Assembly: GCA_036679065.1 (NCBI GenBank)
Contig: JAZIGN010000004.1
Coordinates: forward strand, 32,001 to 96,000
Direction of reading: 5' to 3'
Source: Coprothermobacterota bacterium
GTDB lineage: Bacteria; Coprothermobacterota; Coprothermobacteria; Coprothermobacterales; Coprothermobacteraceae
Length of the DNA stretch: 64,000 nt
The notes beneath the pieces were generated by a model, which was given only the letters and a program-made list of their open reading frames with translations, was not told the DNA's origin and searched no databases. Below, piece by piece: positions 1 through 10,100 of the stretch. Numbering within the stretch: position 1 is the stretch's first letter; each line of letters opens with the position of its first letter. Both the position numbers and the translations under genes were made by a program.

Positions 1-88
1 AGCAAATCTTTTATGTATATGCATATTCATTTTTCTATCCCTAACAGGATTATAATAGCACTAACGAGTGACGGGAGGTGATATTCAT

Positions 89-580
89 TTGAACAACAAC
101 AATGGAACACGTGAGATCACATTGACTGCATTGTCAGCTGCTTTTGTCACTGTGGCAACCATGCTCATAAGGATTCCTCATCCACTCACCAAGGGGTACA
201 TAAACATTGGTGATGCTGCAGTAATAGCCGTGGCTATGGTGCTTGGGAAACGCTTAGGTTGGCTTGCAGGTGGTTTGGGCAGCGCTTTAGCTGACCTGCT
301 GGGGGGTTATGCCCACTGGGCACCGTGGACTCTCCTAATCAAGAGTGCGGAAGGTTACATTGTGTCAACCAGCGACGTGAAAGCAAAGTTTGACTGGCGC
401 TGGGTTGTGGGCCCCGCTGTAATGGTTTTGGGCTATTTTGTGGTGGAGATTTTCATGTACGGGACGGCAGCAGCTTTAGCAGAGATTCCTGGTAACGCAT
501 TTCAAGGGTTAGTAGGTGCCATTGTGGGACCATTACTTGGAAAGGCTTTTGTGGGAGCATTAGGAGGTGCAAATAGATGA
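89..580 (+). CDS. ECF transporter S component (substrate unknown)
   Basis: Hydrophobic ~165 aa with GYINIGD and GSALADLLGGY..WAPWTLLIK motifs; TTG start at 89 after GGAGGTG RBS. Confidence 0.8.
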   Translation: MNNNNGTREITLTALSAAFVTVATMLIRIPHPLTKGYINIGDAAVIAVAMVLGKRLGWLAGGLGSALADLLGGYAHWAPWTLLIKSAEGYIVSTSDVKAKFDWRWVVGPAVMVLGYFVVEIFMYGTAAALAEIPGNAFQGLVGAIVGPLLGKAFVGALGGANR

Positions 581-1389
581 TGACTACACAGGAAATCATG
601 GAACTGGCAATGGAAATGTCAGAGCTGGAGGTAGAACCTGCTGATTCAAGCATTTACGTTGAGGGTAAGAACATCAAGAATGTTTTCTTTGGCATTGATA
701 TTGGTGTGGAGGAGCTTCTCTGGGCAAAGCAACAGGGTTTTGACTTGGTCATTGCACATCATCCGCCCAGTGCAGCCCTGCGATACGAGGATATTTACAA
801 AAGGCATGCCACCTTCATGATGCAAGCCGGCATACCCGCTGAAGAGGCACACCAGGCTGTGGCTGAAAAACTGACTGACTTGCACATTCAATCAAAAACA
901 GAGAATTTCACTCGTGTTGTGGGTATGGCAAAGCTTCTTAACATGCCGTTTATGAACATTCATGTTCCCATTGATGAGATCACCCGTAAAACCTTTCAAA
1001 GGGTCATTGATGACATGCTACCGGCCACTGTTTCTGACATTGTTTACGAGATGAACAAGATTGAACCTTTTCCGCACAGCCATGTAAAAGTGGAGGCCAT
1101 CATGGGCGACCCGGAGCAAAAAGTTGACAGATTGCCTGTTCTCATAGGAGCTTTCACCAATGGTGGTTACAGCATCGCAAAAGTGTGGTTTGACCATGGG
1201 TTCCCGGGTTTAGTTTACATGCACATTGCACCCGGAGAATTCCAAAAAGTGAAGGCGGAGTTTCCTGACAGGGCATTGGTGCTCACGGGGCACATGCCCG
1301 GGGACTACGTGGGTGCTTTGATTTTCCTCCATGAGCTCAAAAACAGGGGGATTAACGTGGTTTCCGTTGGTTTTCCTGAGCTTGTTTGA
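577..1389 (+). CDS. Nif3-like dinuclear metal centre protein
   Basis: GIDIG, DLVIAHHP, NIHVPID and late GH motifs. Confidence 0.6.
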   Translation: MMTTQEIMELAMEMSELEVEPADSSIYVEGKNIKNVFFGIDIGVEELLWAKQQGFDLVIAHHPPSAALRYEDIYKRHATFMMQAGIPAEEAHQAVAEKLTDLHIQSKTENFTRVVGMAKLLNMPFMNIHVPIDEITRKTFQRVIDDMLPATVSDIVYEMNKIEPFPHSHVKVEAIMGDPEQKVDRLPVLIGAFTNGGYSIAKVWFDHGFPGLVYMHIAPGEFQKVKAEFPDRALVLTGHMPGDYVGALIFLHELKNRGINVVSVGFPELV

Positions 1390-1391
1390 GG

Positions 1392-2129
1392 TCACAAGAA
1401 CAAGGTAAGGTACCAATTGTAAATGTAACTTCCAAGAAAGTACGTAATCAGGGTTCCGGCGAACATGATTGGGGCGAAGGGCAGTGGAGACCTTCGCTCT
1501 ATTTTGTTTAAACCCATCAAGGCTAAGCCGATCATTGTGCCCAAGGCGTAAGTTAACACAAACCACACAAGAAGCAAATGAGGTGGAACCATTAAACCCA
1601 CAGCAGCTGCATAAAACACGTCTCCTATACCGAACCCATCAGGCACGATTAAATGTATGATTAGGTGGATCAGGAATAGTGCTAAAGCACCCATAAGGAT
1701 GGACCACTCATGCATGAAAGCTCTGCACAGTATGAGAACGCCTATTAGAGGCAGAATGAGCACTTCCGGAATGAGCATGGTCTGTAGATCAATCAAACTT
1801 AGGGGGAGTGAGAAGCACACAAAAACGATGAAAAAGATCATTTCAGGCAGGGGTAGGAAACTGGCAACAGCGAACAGCAAGCCACTAATGAATTCCACTA
1901 CGGGGTACTGCCAGGATATGGGTTCCCCGCAGTACCTGCATTTCCCTCCCAGAAACAAGTAAGAAAGTATGGGTATAAGGTCCCACGGGGCTAACTTGTG
2001 GTTGCATTTTGGGCAGTGGCTTGCTGGAAAGACAATACTTTCACCCCGTGGAATCCTGTAAATGACCACGTTCAGAAACGAGCCTACCACGGTGCCCACA
2101 ACAAAAAACAGTAAAGCGTTTAACCACAT
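1392..2129 (-). CDS. pilD: Prepilin peptidase (A24)
   Basis: GSFLNVVIYRIP, CPKC/CRYC Zn motifs, GIGD, PFAP. Confidence 0.9.
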   Translation of the reverse strand: MWLNALLFFVVGTVVGSFLNVVIYRIPRGESIVFPASHCPKCNHKLAPWDLIPILSYLFLGGKCRYCGEPISWQYPVVEFISGLLFAVASFLPLPEMIFFIVFVCFSLPLSLIDLQTMLIPEVLILPLIGVLILCRAFMHEWSILMGALALFLIHLIIHLIVPDGFGIGDVFYAAAVGLMVPPHLLLVWFVLTYALGTMIGLALMGLNKIERRSPLPFAPIMFAGTLITYFLGSYIYNWYLTLFL

Positions 2130-2162
2130 GTGATAATTTTAACTTGTATGGTGGGAAACAAG

Positions 2163-2918
2163 ATGGTACTAAGGCTGTATGCTGGAGAAGCAGAAAAACT
2201 GGAGAAAAGCCTTATCAAAGAAGGGGCTCAAAGGCAAGGAAACAACTTAGTCCTCAACGGTGTTACCTTAAGCCTGTATAAAAGGAAATTGGTCATAAAT
2301 GCGGAAGATCATGCTTTGGCAAGGCACGTTGTTGACTTTTTAACCCCCATAAAGCCACATGGTGGATCTGACGAAGCTGGAAAAGGAGATCTTTTTGGGC
2401 CGTTAGTAGTTGCAGGGGCTTTTTTGGAAGACCAGTTAGCCATGCGCCTTGCCATTGACAGCAAGGAACTATCTAATGGAGCAGTGGAAAGACTTGCCCA
2501 TTTTTTAAGAACACATGGTGACTTTGTGGTGGAACAAATACCACCAAGTGAACTTACATCTAACATGAACAGCATCCTTCTTAGGCTCCATCTGGCAGCT
2601 TATGAAAAGCTGGGCTGTAAAAAACCATTCTACGTGGATGATTTTGGAGCCACAACACAACTTCGTAGCAAGGGACTTGTCCCGCTTTACCGTGGCGAAG
2701 TCATACCTGCAGTGGCTGCGGCCTCAGTGGTGGCTAGGGCAGTTTTTCTGGATTGGCTCAAGCAGCACAATCTGCCAGCAGGCAGTAGCCGGGATGTTCA
2801 AGACATTGCCATGCGGATTGTCTCCGAGCAAGGCTGTTCTTTTCTAAAAGAGGTGGCTAAGGCAAACTTTTCGTTAGTGAGAAGGCTTTGCCTTGGTGGT
2901 GAACAGAATCTTTTCTAA
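2163..2918 (+). CDS. rnhC: Ribonuclease HIII-like (type 2 RNase H)
   Basis: GSDEAGKGDLFGPLVVAG, IDSK, AAASVVAR; start uncertain. Confidence 0.75.
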   Translation: MVLRLYAGEAEKLEKSLIKEGAQRQGNNLVLNGVTLSLYKRKLVINAEDHALARHVVDFLTPIKPHGGSDEAGKGDLFGPLVVAGAFLEDQLAMRLAIDSKELSNGAVERLAHFLRTHGDFVVEQIPPSELTSNMNSILLRLHLAAYEKLGCKKPFYVDDFGATTQLRSKGLVPLYRGEVIPAVAAASVVARAVFLDWLKQHNLPAGSSRDVQDIAMRIVSEQGCSFLKEVAKANFSLVRRLCLGGEQNLF

Positions 2919-3362
2919 CCAACGGGTTACTTTGGTGTGGGCAGCATCCTTCGGAGATAGCGGTTCCACCTTAATGAATTCTAAGTTATTCCACTTGGCG
3001 TAAAGCCCATCTGTGAAAAACTGATCCCCAATGACCACTGCTGGTTTGTCTTTGGGTACGCATTTCCTTAAGATGAACCATGATATGGGAAGAGGTTTCA
3101 TGCACATTCCGTAAGCAGGGACATGTAGGGTTTCTCTGATTAGCTTTGCTCGATAAGGTTTCGTGTTACTTATGACCACGATGATGAAGTGTTTTTTTGC
3201 TTGCCGCATCCATTGTGCAATATCGTCAGGAATGACATCTTGATCGTAGGGCATTAGCGTGTTATCCACGTCCACAACTAAGGTGCCCACACCTTTACTT
3301 TCCAGCATTTCCAAAGGTATGTCGCTAACGCGACTAAAATAGGCAATGGGCTCTAAATTCAT
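2874..3362 (-). CDS. YqeG-family HAD IIIA phosphatase
   Basis: DVDNTL, ISN, KP, VIGDQFFTD. Confidence 0.85.
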   Translation of the reverse strand: MNLEPIAYFSRVSDIPLEMLESKGVGTLVVDVDNTLMPYDQDVIPDDIAQWMRQAKKHFIIVVISNTKPYRAKLIRETLHVPAYGMCMKPLPISWFILRKCVPKDKPAVVIGDQFFTDGLYAKWNNLEFIKVEPLSPKDAAHTKVTRWLEKILFTTKAKPSH

Positions 3363-4009
3363 CGGCTTGGGTTAAGTAGCCAGACCTCCATTTGACCGGG
3401 CAGTTCTTTTATGTCCACCTCTGAACGGAAAGATTTTATGATGTTCGATGGGAAGTGACTTAGGAAATCTTCCACGCCGGTTATGGGCCACGTTTGTGTT
3501 TTTGCTGTCTTGAAGTGCATGGGCAGTACGATATTGGGCTGTATTTTCTGGACCACGTCATACGCTTCATTTGCATCAATGGTGTAAAAACCTCCTACTG
3601 GAACCATGAGTATGTTCACTCCTTGCAAGAATTTCTCTTCTTTTTCGCTTAGTGGCCTTCCTAAATCGCCCAAATGAGCTAAGGTGGTTTTGCCATCCGA
3701 CATCTTGAATATGATATTCTCTCCTCTTTGAGCACCACCTTGTTTGTCGTGAGAGCTAAGGAGACCTTCCACTGTTAAATTACCAAAAACGTGTTTTCCA
3801 GGTCTATCCACGACTGTAAACTGTCCCTTCAAGTCACCTGTGCAGTTGTGGTCGTCATGATGGTGGCTCACGGTGACAATGTCAGCTTCCACATTCTGTG
3901 GACCGTAACCTCCTTCACCAAACATGGACTTGTTGTAAGGATCGGTTACTATTCTTTGACCATTCCAGTCAATGTAAAAGCAGGAATGACCCAAGTACGT
4001 AATGCGCAC
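3359..4009 (-). CDS. MBL-fold metallo-hydrolase
   Basis: LGHSCF, TDPY, SHHHDDH, HLGD, PMH; GTG start after GGAGGGG. Confidence 0.85.
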   Translation of the reverse strand: MRITYLGHSCFYIDWNGQRIVTDPYNKSMFGEGGYGPQNVEADIVTVSHHHDDHNCTGDLKGQFTVVDRPGKHVFGNLTVEGLLSSHDKQGGAQRGENIIFKMSDGKTTLAHLGDLGRPLSEKEEKFLQGVNILMVPVGGFYTIDANEAYDVVQKIQPNIVLPMHFKTAKTQTWPITGVEDFLSHFPSNIIKSFRSEVDIKELPGQMEVWLLNPSR

Positions 4010-4194
4010 GATAACATCCCCTCCTTCGGGCTTTAGCAAGCCTGCATGTATTCTTTTTACCATAAACATGCTCTGTTTATCCACCCACAATGGCATTACT
4101 AAACAAAGTACAATTCATTTCGTTTGTTATGTCGTATTACGATGTTATTAAATGAATTTTATGGAGTATAATTTCACACAGGAGGAATTTGTTG

Positions 4195-4605
4195 ATGCCT
4201 GAAAGTGGTGAGGGGATGAAGAATTCTGAGCTCCTTTTAGATGAAGAAGTGCTAAAAAACTTCTATTACGAACCGCACAGTTTAGGTAGCCACCGTATTT
4301 ATCGCAGGGTTCTCATAATGGAGAAGTCCGGCATGCTGGGACGCATAGCCGACTACAAGCTCATCGATTTTATTGTTCCAAGTATGACTTTGGAAGAGCT
4401 TTTACCATTAGTAAAACCTGTTAATGATGTCATGATGCAAAGATTCTTACTTCCCGGTCAAGGAAAGATGGTCAAGAAGTCGTTTACCTGGGGGCTAAAA
4501 GGTTGGGCATATATTGGTTTCTTAGAAGGTGAGGAAGATGTGCTGGACGACCTTCGTAAGGAATTCAAGGAGGCTCTAAAGCCTTTTTCTGAGGGCTTTG
4601 AGTAG
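4195..4605 (+). CDS. Hypothetical protein upstream of cstA
   Basis: ORF with GGAGGA RBS and upstream TATAAT; no family recognised. Confidence 0.6.
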   Translation: MPESGEGMKNSELLLDEEVLKNFYYEPHSLGSHRIYRRVLIMEKSGMLGRIADYKLIDFIVPSMTLEELLPLVKPVNDVMMQRFLLPGQGKMVKKSFTWGLKGWAYIGFLEGEEDVLDDLRKEFKEALKPFSEGFE

Positions 4606-4650
4606 TCATATTAGGGTTTCAGTGCTTCATAAAAGGGGAGGTGAGTTTTA

Positions 4651-6273
4651 ATGGCGTTGACGCTGTTTTTGGTAGCCGCAGTATTGTTTATCATTGCTTA
4701 CATTGTTTACGGCGGCTATCAGGAGCGAGTGTATGAACTGGACAGCACTAGAAAGACCCCAGCCGAGGAACTTTATGATGGTATTGACTACGTTCCCACG
4801 CATCCCATGATTCTGCTGGGCCACCATTTCTCCAGTATTGCTGGTGCAGGCCCCATCGTTGGTCCAATTACCGCGGCTAACCTGTTTGGTTGGTTGCCTG
4901 CTTATCTGTGGGTTGTTATTGGTTGCATTTTCTTTGGTGCTGTTCACGACTTTGGAGCCATCGTGGGTTCTATCAGACACAAGGCTCTCAGTATTGGTGA
5001 GCTGGTCAATCAGTATGTTGGGCATCGTGGAAAGATTCTTTTTAACTTATTTGCGTGGCTTACGTTGGTCTTGGTGGTTGCAAACTTCCTTGAACTGGCA
5101 GCAGGATCCTTCGCCGGTGACCCAGCAGTGGCTTTCAGTGCCATCGTGTACATTGTACTGGCAGTCATTTTTGGCTTGCTGGTTTACCGCTACCACTTGT
5201 CCATCTTGTGGGCTACCATCATCTGCTTGCCTTTTGTCATCGGTGCACTGTTCTTTGGCAACAGCTCTCCCTGGGTTCAGTCCACGTTTGTGCTAAGTGC
5301 CACTTCGTGGCGGTGGATTCTGATCATCTACATTTTCTTGGCTTCTATTCTTCCTGTGTGGATTCTGCTTCAGCCTCGTGATTACCTTTCTTCGTGGTTC
5401 CTGTACTTTGCCATTATTATCGCCACTGTTGGCATCTTGTTTGGTGGGCACCTGCTGGATGTTAACCTTCCTGCCTACAAGGGGTGGTATGCTGGCGGGA
5501 ACAACTACTTGTGGCCCATGCTGTTTATCACCATTGCTTGCGGTGCCATAAGTGGTTTCCACTCGCTGGTGGGTAGTGGTACCACGGCAAAGCAATTGAA
5601 GAACGAGAAAGATGCGAAAGTGATTGGTTACGGTGGCATGCTTCTTGAAGGTTTGGTTGCGGTCATTGCTTTGATCACAGTCATGAACGCTGGTAAGATT
5701 CTGCCCGTGGTAGAAGGGGGAGCGCCTAACCCGCAGTACACCTTTGGCGTGGGTTTCTCCAAGTTCTGGTCAATTTTCGGGCTGCCAACTAACGTGGGCA
5801 TTTCTTTCGGTATGTTCACAATTAACACGTTCATTCTTACCACACTGGACACTGCTACCAGACTTGGACGCTTCCAGCTTCAGGAACTAACTGGAAACAA
5901 GTTAGACCGCTACACCGCTACCATAATCACATTGATTGCCATGGCACTGCTGGTGTTCATGAAGACTGGAGACCAGCCAGTTTGGGCAGTGATTTGGCCT
6001 GTATTTGGTTCTGCAAACCAACTCCTGGCAGGCTTGGCACTTCTTGCAATTACGGCATGGATAATGAAGGGCCTGCACAAGTCTGCTTGGTTCACCGCTA
6101 TCCCCATGGTATTCATGATTGTAACCACCATCGCCGCTTTGTTCTTGCTTGTTCGCTCCAACATTTCCAAGACGGCTACATTGCCGTTGGCAATTGTTGC
6201 CATTGTGCTTATCATCCTGGCTATTTGGCTTGTGTACGAGGCTTACCATGCCTTGTCGAAGAAGAGTGCTTAA
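4651..6273 (+). CDS. cstA: Carbon starvation protein A family transporter
   Basis: GHHFSSIAGAGPIVGP, IACGAISGFHSL, GYGGMLLEG, TTLDTATRL, FGSANQLLA. Confidence 0.95.
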   Translation: MALTLFLVAAVLFIIAYIVYGGYQERVYELDSTRKTPAEELYDGIDYVPTHPMILLGHHFSSIAGAGPIVGPITAANLFGWLPAYLWVVIGCIFFGAVHDFGAIVGSIRHKALSIGELVNQYVGHRGKILFNLFAWLTLVLVVANFLELAAGSFAGDPAVAFSAIVYIVLAVIFGLLVYRYHLSILWATIICLPFVIGALFFGNSSPWVQSTFVLSATSWRWILIIYIFLASILPVWILLQPRDYLSSWFLYFAIIIATVGILFGGHLLDVNLPAYKGWYAGGNNYLWPMLFITIACGAISGFHSLVGSGTTAKQLKNEKDAKVIGYGGMLLEGLVAVIALITVMNAGKILPVVEGGAPNPQYTFGVGFSKFWSIFGLPTNVGISFGMFTINTFILTTLDTATRLGRFQLQELTGNKLDRYTATIITLIAMALLVFMKTGDQPVWAVIWPVFGSANQLLAGLALLAITAWIMKGLHKSAWFTAIPMVFMIVTTIAALFLLVRSNISKTATLPLAIVAIVLIILAIWLVYEAYHALSKKSA

Positions 6274-6280
6274 GAAGGCT

Positions 6281-6637
6281 GTGAGCAAGGGGAAAGAGTT
6301 TGGAGGCGCCACGGGGCGCCTCCTTGTTTTCTTTGAACGCCCAGGCAACACCACCAGCTGTGCTACTATTGACATGCGTGAGATGGGTGATGTCTCGGTT
6401 CACGCATACAGCGACGACCCTGACCAGCTCGCTGCCGTATTGCGGTACATCCACGACAAATATCCTGAGCTGGAAGTGGAGCTCATTGACCCAAGAAACT
6501 TCTTTTATTTTTGGTATGTGGCAAAACACCGCATAAAGGGTGGCAAAGCTACTTGGATTTACAACGGGCGTAAAGTGTTCGAAGGGGTACCGTCTCTTGA
6601 TGAAGTGGACAGCTTGCTTTCACCGGAATTAGGTTAG
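6281..6637 (+). CDS. Small hypothetical protein, possibly thioredoxin-like fold; start 6281 (GTG) or 6374 (ATG)
   Basis: Protein-like C-terminal part (VELIDPRN...TWIYNGRKVFEGVPS). Confidence 0.55.
   Translation: MSKGKEFGGATGRLLVFFERPGNTTSCATIDMREMGDVSVHAYSDDPDQLAAVLRYIHDKYPELEVELIDPRNFFYFWYVAKHRIKGGKATWIYNGRKVFEGVPSLDEVDSLLSPELG
6302..6334 (+). terminator. Intrinsic terminator-like hairpin after cstA
   Basis: GGAGGCGCC-acgg-GGCGCCTCC then TTGTTTTCTTT. Confidence 0.7.
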
Positions 6638-6697
6638 AAGGTGAGAGCGTCATCAGTTGCAGCACGTATTATCATAGTATGATAGTGTCGGGCATGC

Positions 6698-6727
6698 TTT
6701 ACAGTGATAATTTGCCTATGCTATAAT
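6698..6727 (+). promoter_or_regulatory. Sigma70-type promoter of tRNA cluster
   Basis: TTTACA-18-TATAAT with extended TG. Confidence 0.6.
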
Positions 6728-6739
6728 AACAATGCTCGT

Positions 6740-6814
6740 TGGGGGATCGTCTAACGGGCAGGACACGGGACTCTGGATCCTGTAGTGGTGGTTCGAATCC
6801 ACCTCCCCCAGCCA
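6740..6814 (+). tRNA. tRNA-Gln(CTG)
   Basis: Cloverleaf, anticodon loop CTCTGGA, encoded CCA. Confidence 0.93.
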
Positions 6815-6826
6815 GCGGTAACAAGT

Positions 6827-6901
6827 GGCCTCGTCGTATAGTGGTTAGTATACCGGGCTCTCAACCCGGAGGTGCGGGTTCGATTCCCGCCGAGGCTACC
6901 A
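6827..6901 (+). tRNA. tRNA-Glu(CTC)
   Basis: CCGGG-CTCTCAA-CCCGG anticodon arm, TTCGA, CCA. Confidence 0.9.
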
Positions 6902-6909
6902 GTGTGTGT

Positions 6910-6985
6910 GGGGCCGTAGCTCAACTGGCAGAGCCACCGGCTCATAACCGGAAGGTTCCAGGTTCGAGTCCTGGCGGCCCCACCA
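6910..6985 (+). tRNA. tRNA with CAT anticodon (probably Ile2/lysidine type, else elongator Met)
   Basis: GGCTCATAACC arm; paired G1-C72 and no 3GC stem, so not initiator. Confidence 0.85.
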
Positions 6986-6991
6986 CAAGTT

Positions 6992-7067
6992 GGCCCCATC
7001 GTCTAGAGGCCTAGGACATCACCCTTTCAAGGTGGAGGCGGGGGTTCGAATCCCCCTGGGGCCACCA
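6992..7067 (+). tRNA. tRNA-Glu(TTC)
   Basis: Cloverleaf, loop CTTTCAA, CCA. Confidence 0.93.
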
Positions 7068-7101
7068 TTTTTAGTTTCTTAACATTTGCTTTAACGAAAG
7101 G

Positions 7102-7130
7102 TTGTCCGGGGGAATAGTGCGTGGTATAAT
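7102..7130 (+). promoter_or_regulatory. Sigma70-type promoter upstream of rpoB
   Basis: TTGTCC-17-TATAAT with TGn extended -10. Confidence 0.6.
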
Positions 7131-7165
7131 TTTCAATTGGCACTTCTATTGGAGGGTGATGCATT

Positions 7166-10100
7166 TTGACTGCCAGAAAAAAAATATGGGAAGTCAGTGG
7201 CAAAGTCAGTAAGCCAACGTTAAGCGATGTTCCGTATCCCGATTTCCTGGAAGCCAAGAAGAATTCCTGGAACTGGTTCATCAACGAAGGTTTGCGTGAG
7301 TTGTTTGATACGTATTTTCCCATCGAGGATGCTAAGGGACGTTGGCGTATAGACATATTGGATTATTACTTTGAAAACGATGTGGCTGACGAAACAGGCA
7401 ACCCCATCAATACCCCTGAAGACGCCGTAAGAGAACACGCCACATTCGCCAAAAGACTCATTGTTAAGGTGCGCGTGCACAACAGCGAAACTGGGGAAAT
7501 AGTCGAGAAAGAGCATGTATTAGGTAAGAGAATCCCCTGGATGACTGATTCCGGGGATTTCATAGTAAATGGTTCTAGAAGGGTGACACTTAACCAGCTA
7601 GTGAGGTCTCCTGGTATTTATTTGGAGGCTGACGGGCCGCTAAGAAGAATTTCGCTCATCCCACAAAGAGGAACGTGGATTGACATCGAATATGATGGTA
7701 AGAACCCGTTAAGTATGGTTCTGGACAGGCGTTCCAAGAAGCTCAATTTGGCAACTTACCTTAGGGCGCTGGGATACATGTCCGATGATGAGATTAGAAC
7801 GAGGCTCAAAGACAGTGCTCTGAAGTGGGTAGAATTTTTCCTCAATGATGCTGGTTTTGACAACAAGAAACTTTTTGTGATGCAGAATCTTTTGTCCTAC
7901 TTCAACCACTTGCGTAGTTATTATTCTTCCACAGCGCAGACGGTTTCAGAATTCAGCAATGTGCTTGAAAACTTGGATGTGGATGATCAGCTTCTGGAAA
8001 GACTTGAAGAATACAATGTGGAGAGCGTCTTAGATGAGATTGCAGAATCTTACGCCTCGCAGTACAGCGGTTTGGACATACTAAGCATTTTCAAAACCAT
8101 TGTGGACGAAAACCTGAAATTGTTAATTGATAAGACCATTGATGGAGATACTTCCATAAATATTTTCTCAGTTTCTACTGTGTGGGATCAGATTGTTTCC
8201 GCGCTGAGAGAAACCGAGCCTTTGGAAGACGTTGTGGACAAAGACGGCTCAGTAGTGGTTCGTGCTAATTCACCCATGAGCACTCGTGATGTGGAGACGT
8301 TCTTCAAAGCACATGTAATTCCCATGGTTAGATCGGGCAAGTATGACATCAAGGTAAAAGTTCCTGTTCGCGGTCAGATGAAAGCTTACGAAGGTTGGGT
8401 CATCGCGGATGATGTGGAAGTGGATGGAGAAAACCTGGAAGGTCGTGCTTTGGATCCTGATTTAGCAAAGAGCCTAAGGAAAGTAACCGATTCTGTGGTT
8501 CTGCATGTTCCCATAAAGAAGTATTTCCAGGGTAGTGCTTTTGTGGAGTTGGAAAAAAGAAGAACAGGCGAAACGCTTTCGGATAGGGAAGCAGAAAGAC
8601 GCTTCAGGCAACTGTTATTTGATCCGAAAAGAAATCAAATTGGTCGCGTGGGTGCATATCACATTGAACACCGCTATGGCATAAAGGTGGAAGATTCACT
8701 CACCGACGAAATGCTGGCGGAACTAGGTGGCATATTGCTCGCTTACTGCATTGGTTCTACCATGCCTGACGATATTGATCACCTAAGTAACAGGCGTGTT
8801 CGTGCCATTGGTGAACTGTATTACGAGGTATTTGCTAGCGCCTTCGAGCGTTTGGTTAAGACAGCTCGTGACGAGATGATTAACCAGCAGAAAGAACCTG
8901 AGCTCAAACTTCACCGCGTTCTGGCTCAGAACATATTGACTCAATACGTTTGGCGCTTTGTTAATCCGTCGGAAGTACATCAGCTTTTGGAGTATACAAA
9001 CCCATTAACTGAAATAACGCATAAACGCCGCGTGACTGCCATGGGACGAGGTGGCTTGAGTCGTGAGCATGCCAGTATTGAAGTACGTGACGTTCACCAC
9101 ACGCACTACGGTAGATTGTGCCCCATTGAGACGCCAGAAGGACAAAACATTGGACTCATACTGTCACTGGCGACTTATGCCAGGCTTAATGAGTACGGGT
9201 TTTTGATAACCCCATACAGGCGCGTGGTCAATGGTGAAGTAACTGATGAAATAGTTTGGATGGACGCTTTGGAAGAGGAGAAGGAGTACATTGTACCTGC
9301 TGACACCCCTTTGGATGGAAGAAGAATAAACGTGGACAGAGTACTCGCCAGGCACAGAAGTCAGTGGGTAGCAGTGGACAAAGATCAGATTACGCTCATG
9401 GATGTTAGTGTGACTCAGCCATTCTCTATTTCAGCTTCGCTGGTTCCTTTCTTGGAGTCTGACGACGCCATACGTGCGCTTATGGGCTCTAACATGCAGA
9501 GGCAGGCTGTTCCGCTTATCAATGCTGAGTCTCCCGTTGTGGCTACGGGCATGGAAAAGCATGTGGTTGAATCTTTGGACTACGTCATAAAAGCAAATCA
9601 GGACGGCACGGTTTCTTACGTGGATGGTAAACAAGTGAAGATAAAGGCAGAAGATGGGTATGAAAAAACCTATCAGCTGAAAGTCTTTGACAGAACAAAC
9701 CAGGACACGGTGATTCACTTTAGGCCCAAGGTTAAACAGGGGCAAAAGGTTAAGAAGGGTGATGTTTTGGCTGAAGCCATCACTTCCGACAACGGTGAGC
9801 TGGCTTTGGGCCGTAACGTTCTTGTGGCTTTCATGCCCTGGGAAGGTTACAACTACGAGGACGCCATACTAATCAGCAAGCGTTTGGTCAAGGATGACGT
9901 GTTCACCTCAGTGCACATACGTGAATACATGGTAGAAGTTGCTGAACTTAGCAGAGGCAGATCTGAGGAGATCACATATGACCTTCCTGATTCCGTATCG
10001 GAGCAGGAGAAGAGGTATTTGGATCCTGAAACCGGTATTGTCATGGTTGGTACGGAAGTAAAACCTGGTGACATCTTAGTTGGTAAGGTGACTCCCAAAG

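Noticed and set aside
6827..6901. D-arm of tRNA-Glu(CTC) looks eukaryote-like (GTATAGTGGTTAGTAT)
   Set aside because: Still fits bacterial Glu features (U11-A24, U13-G22, short variable loop) and has encoded CCA
6739..7014. ORFs over tRNA clusters (also 55964-56354 and the 43623 N-terminal extension)
   Set aside because: They overlap clear tRNA genes; spurious
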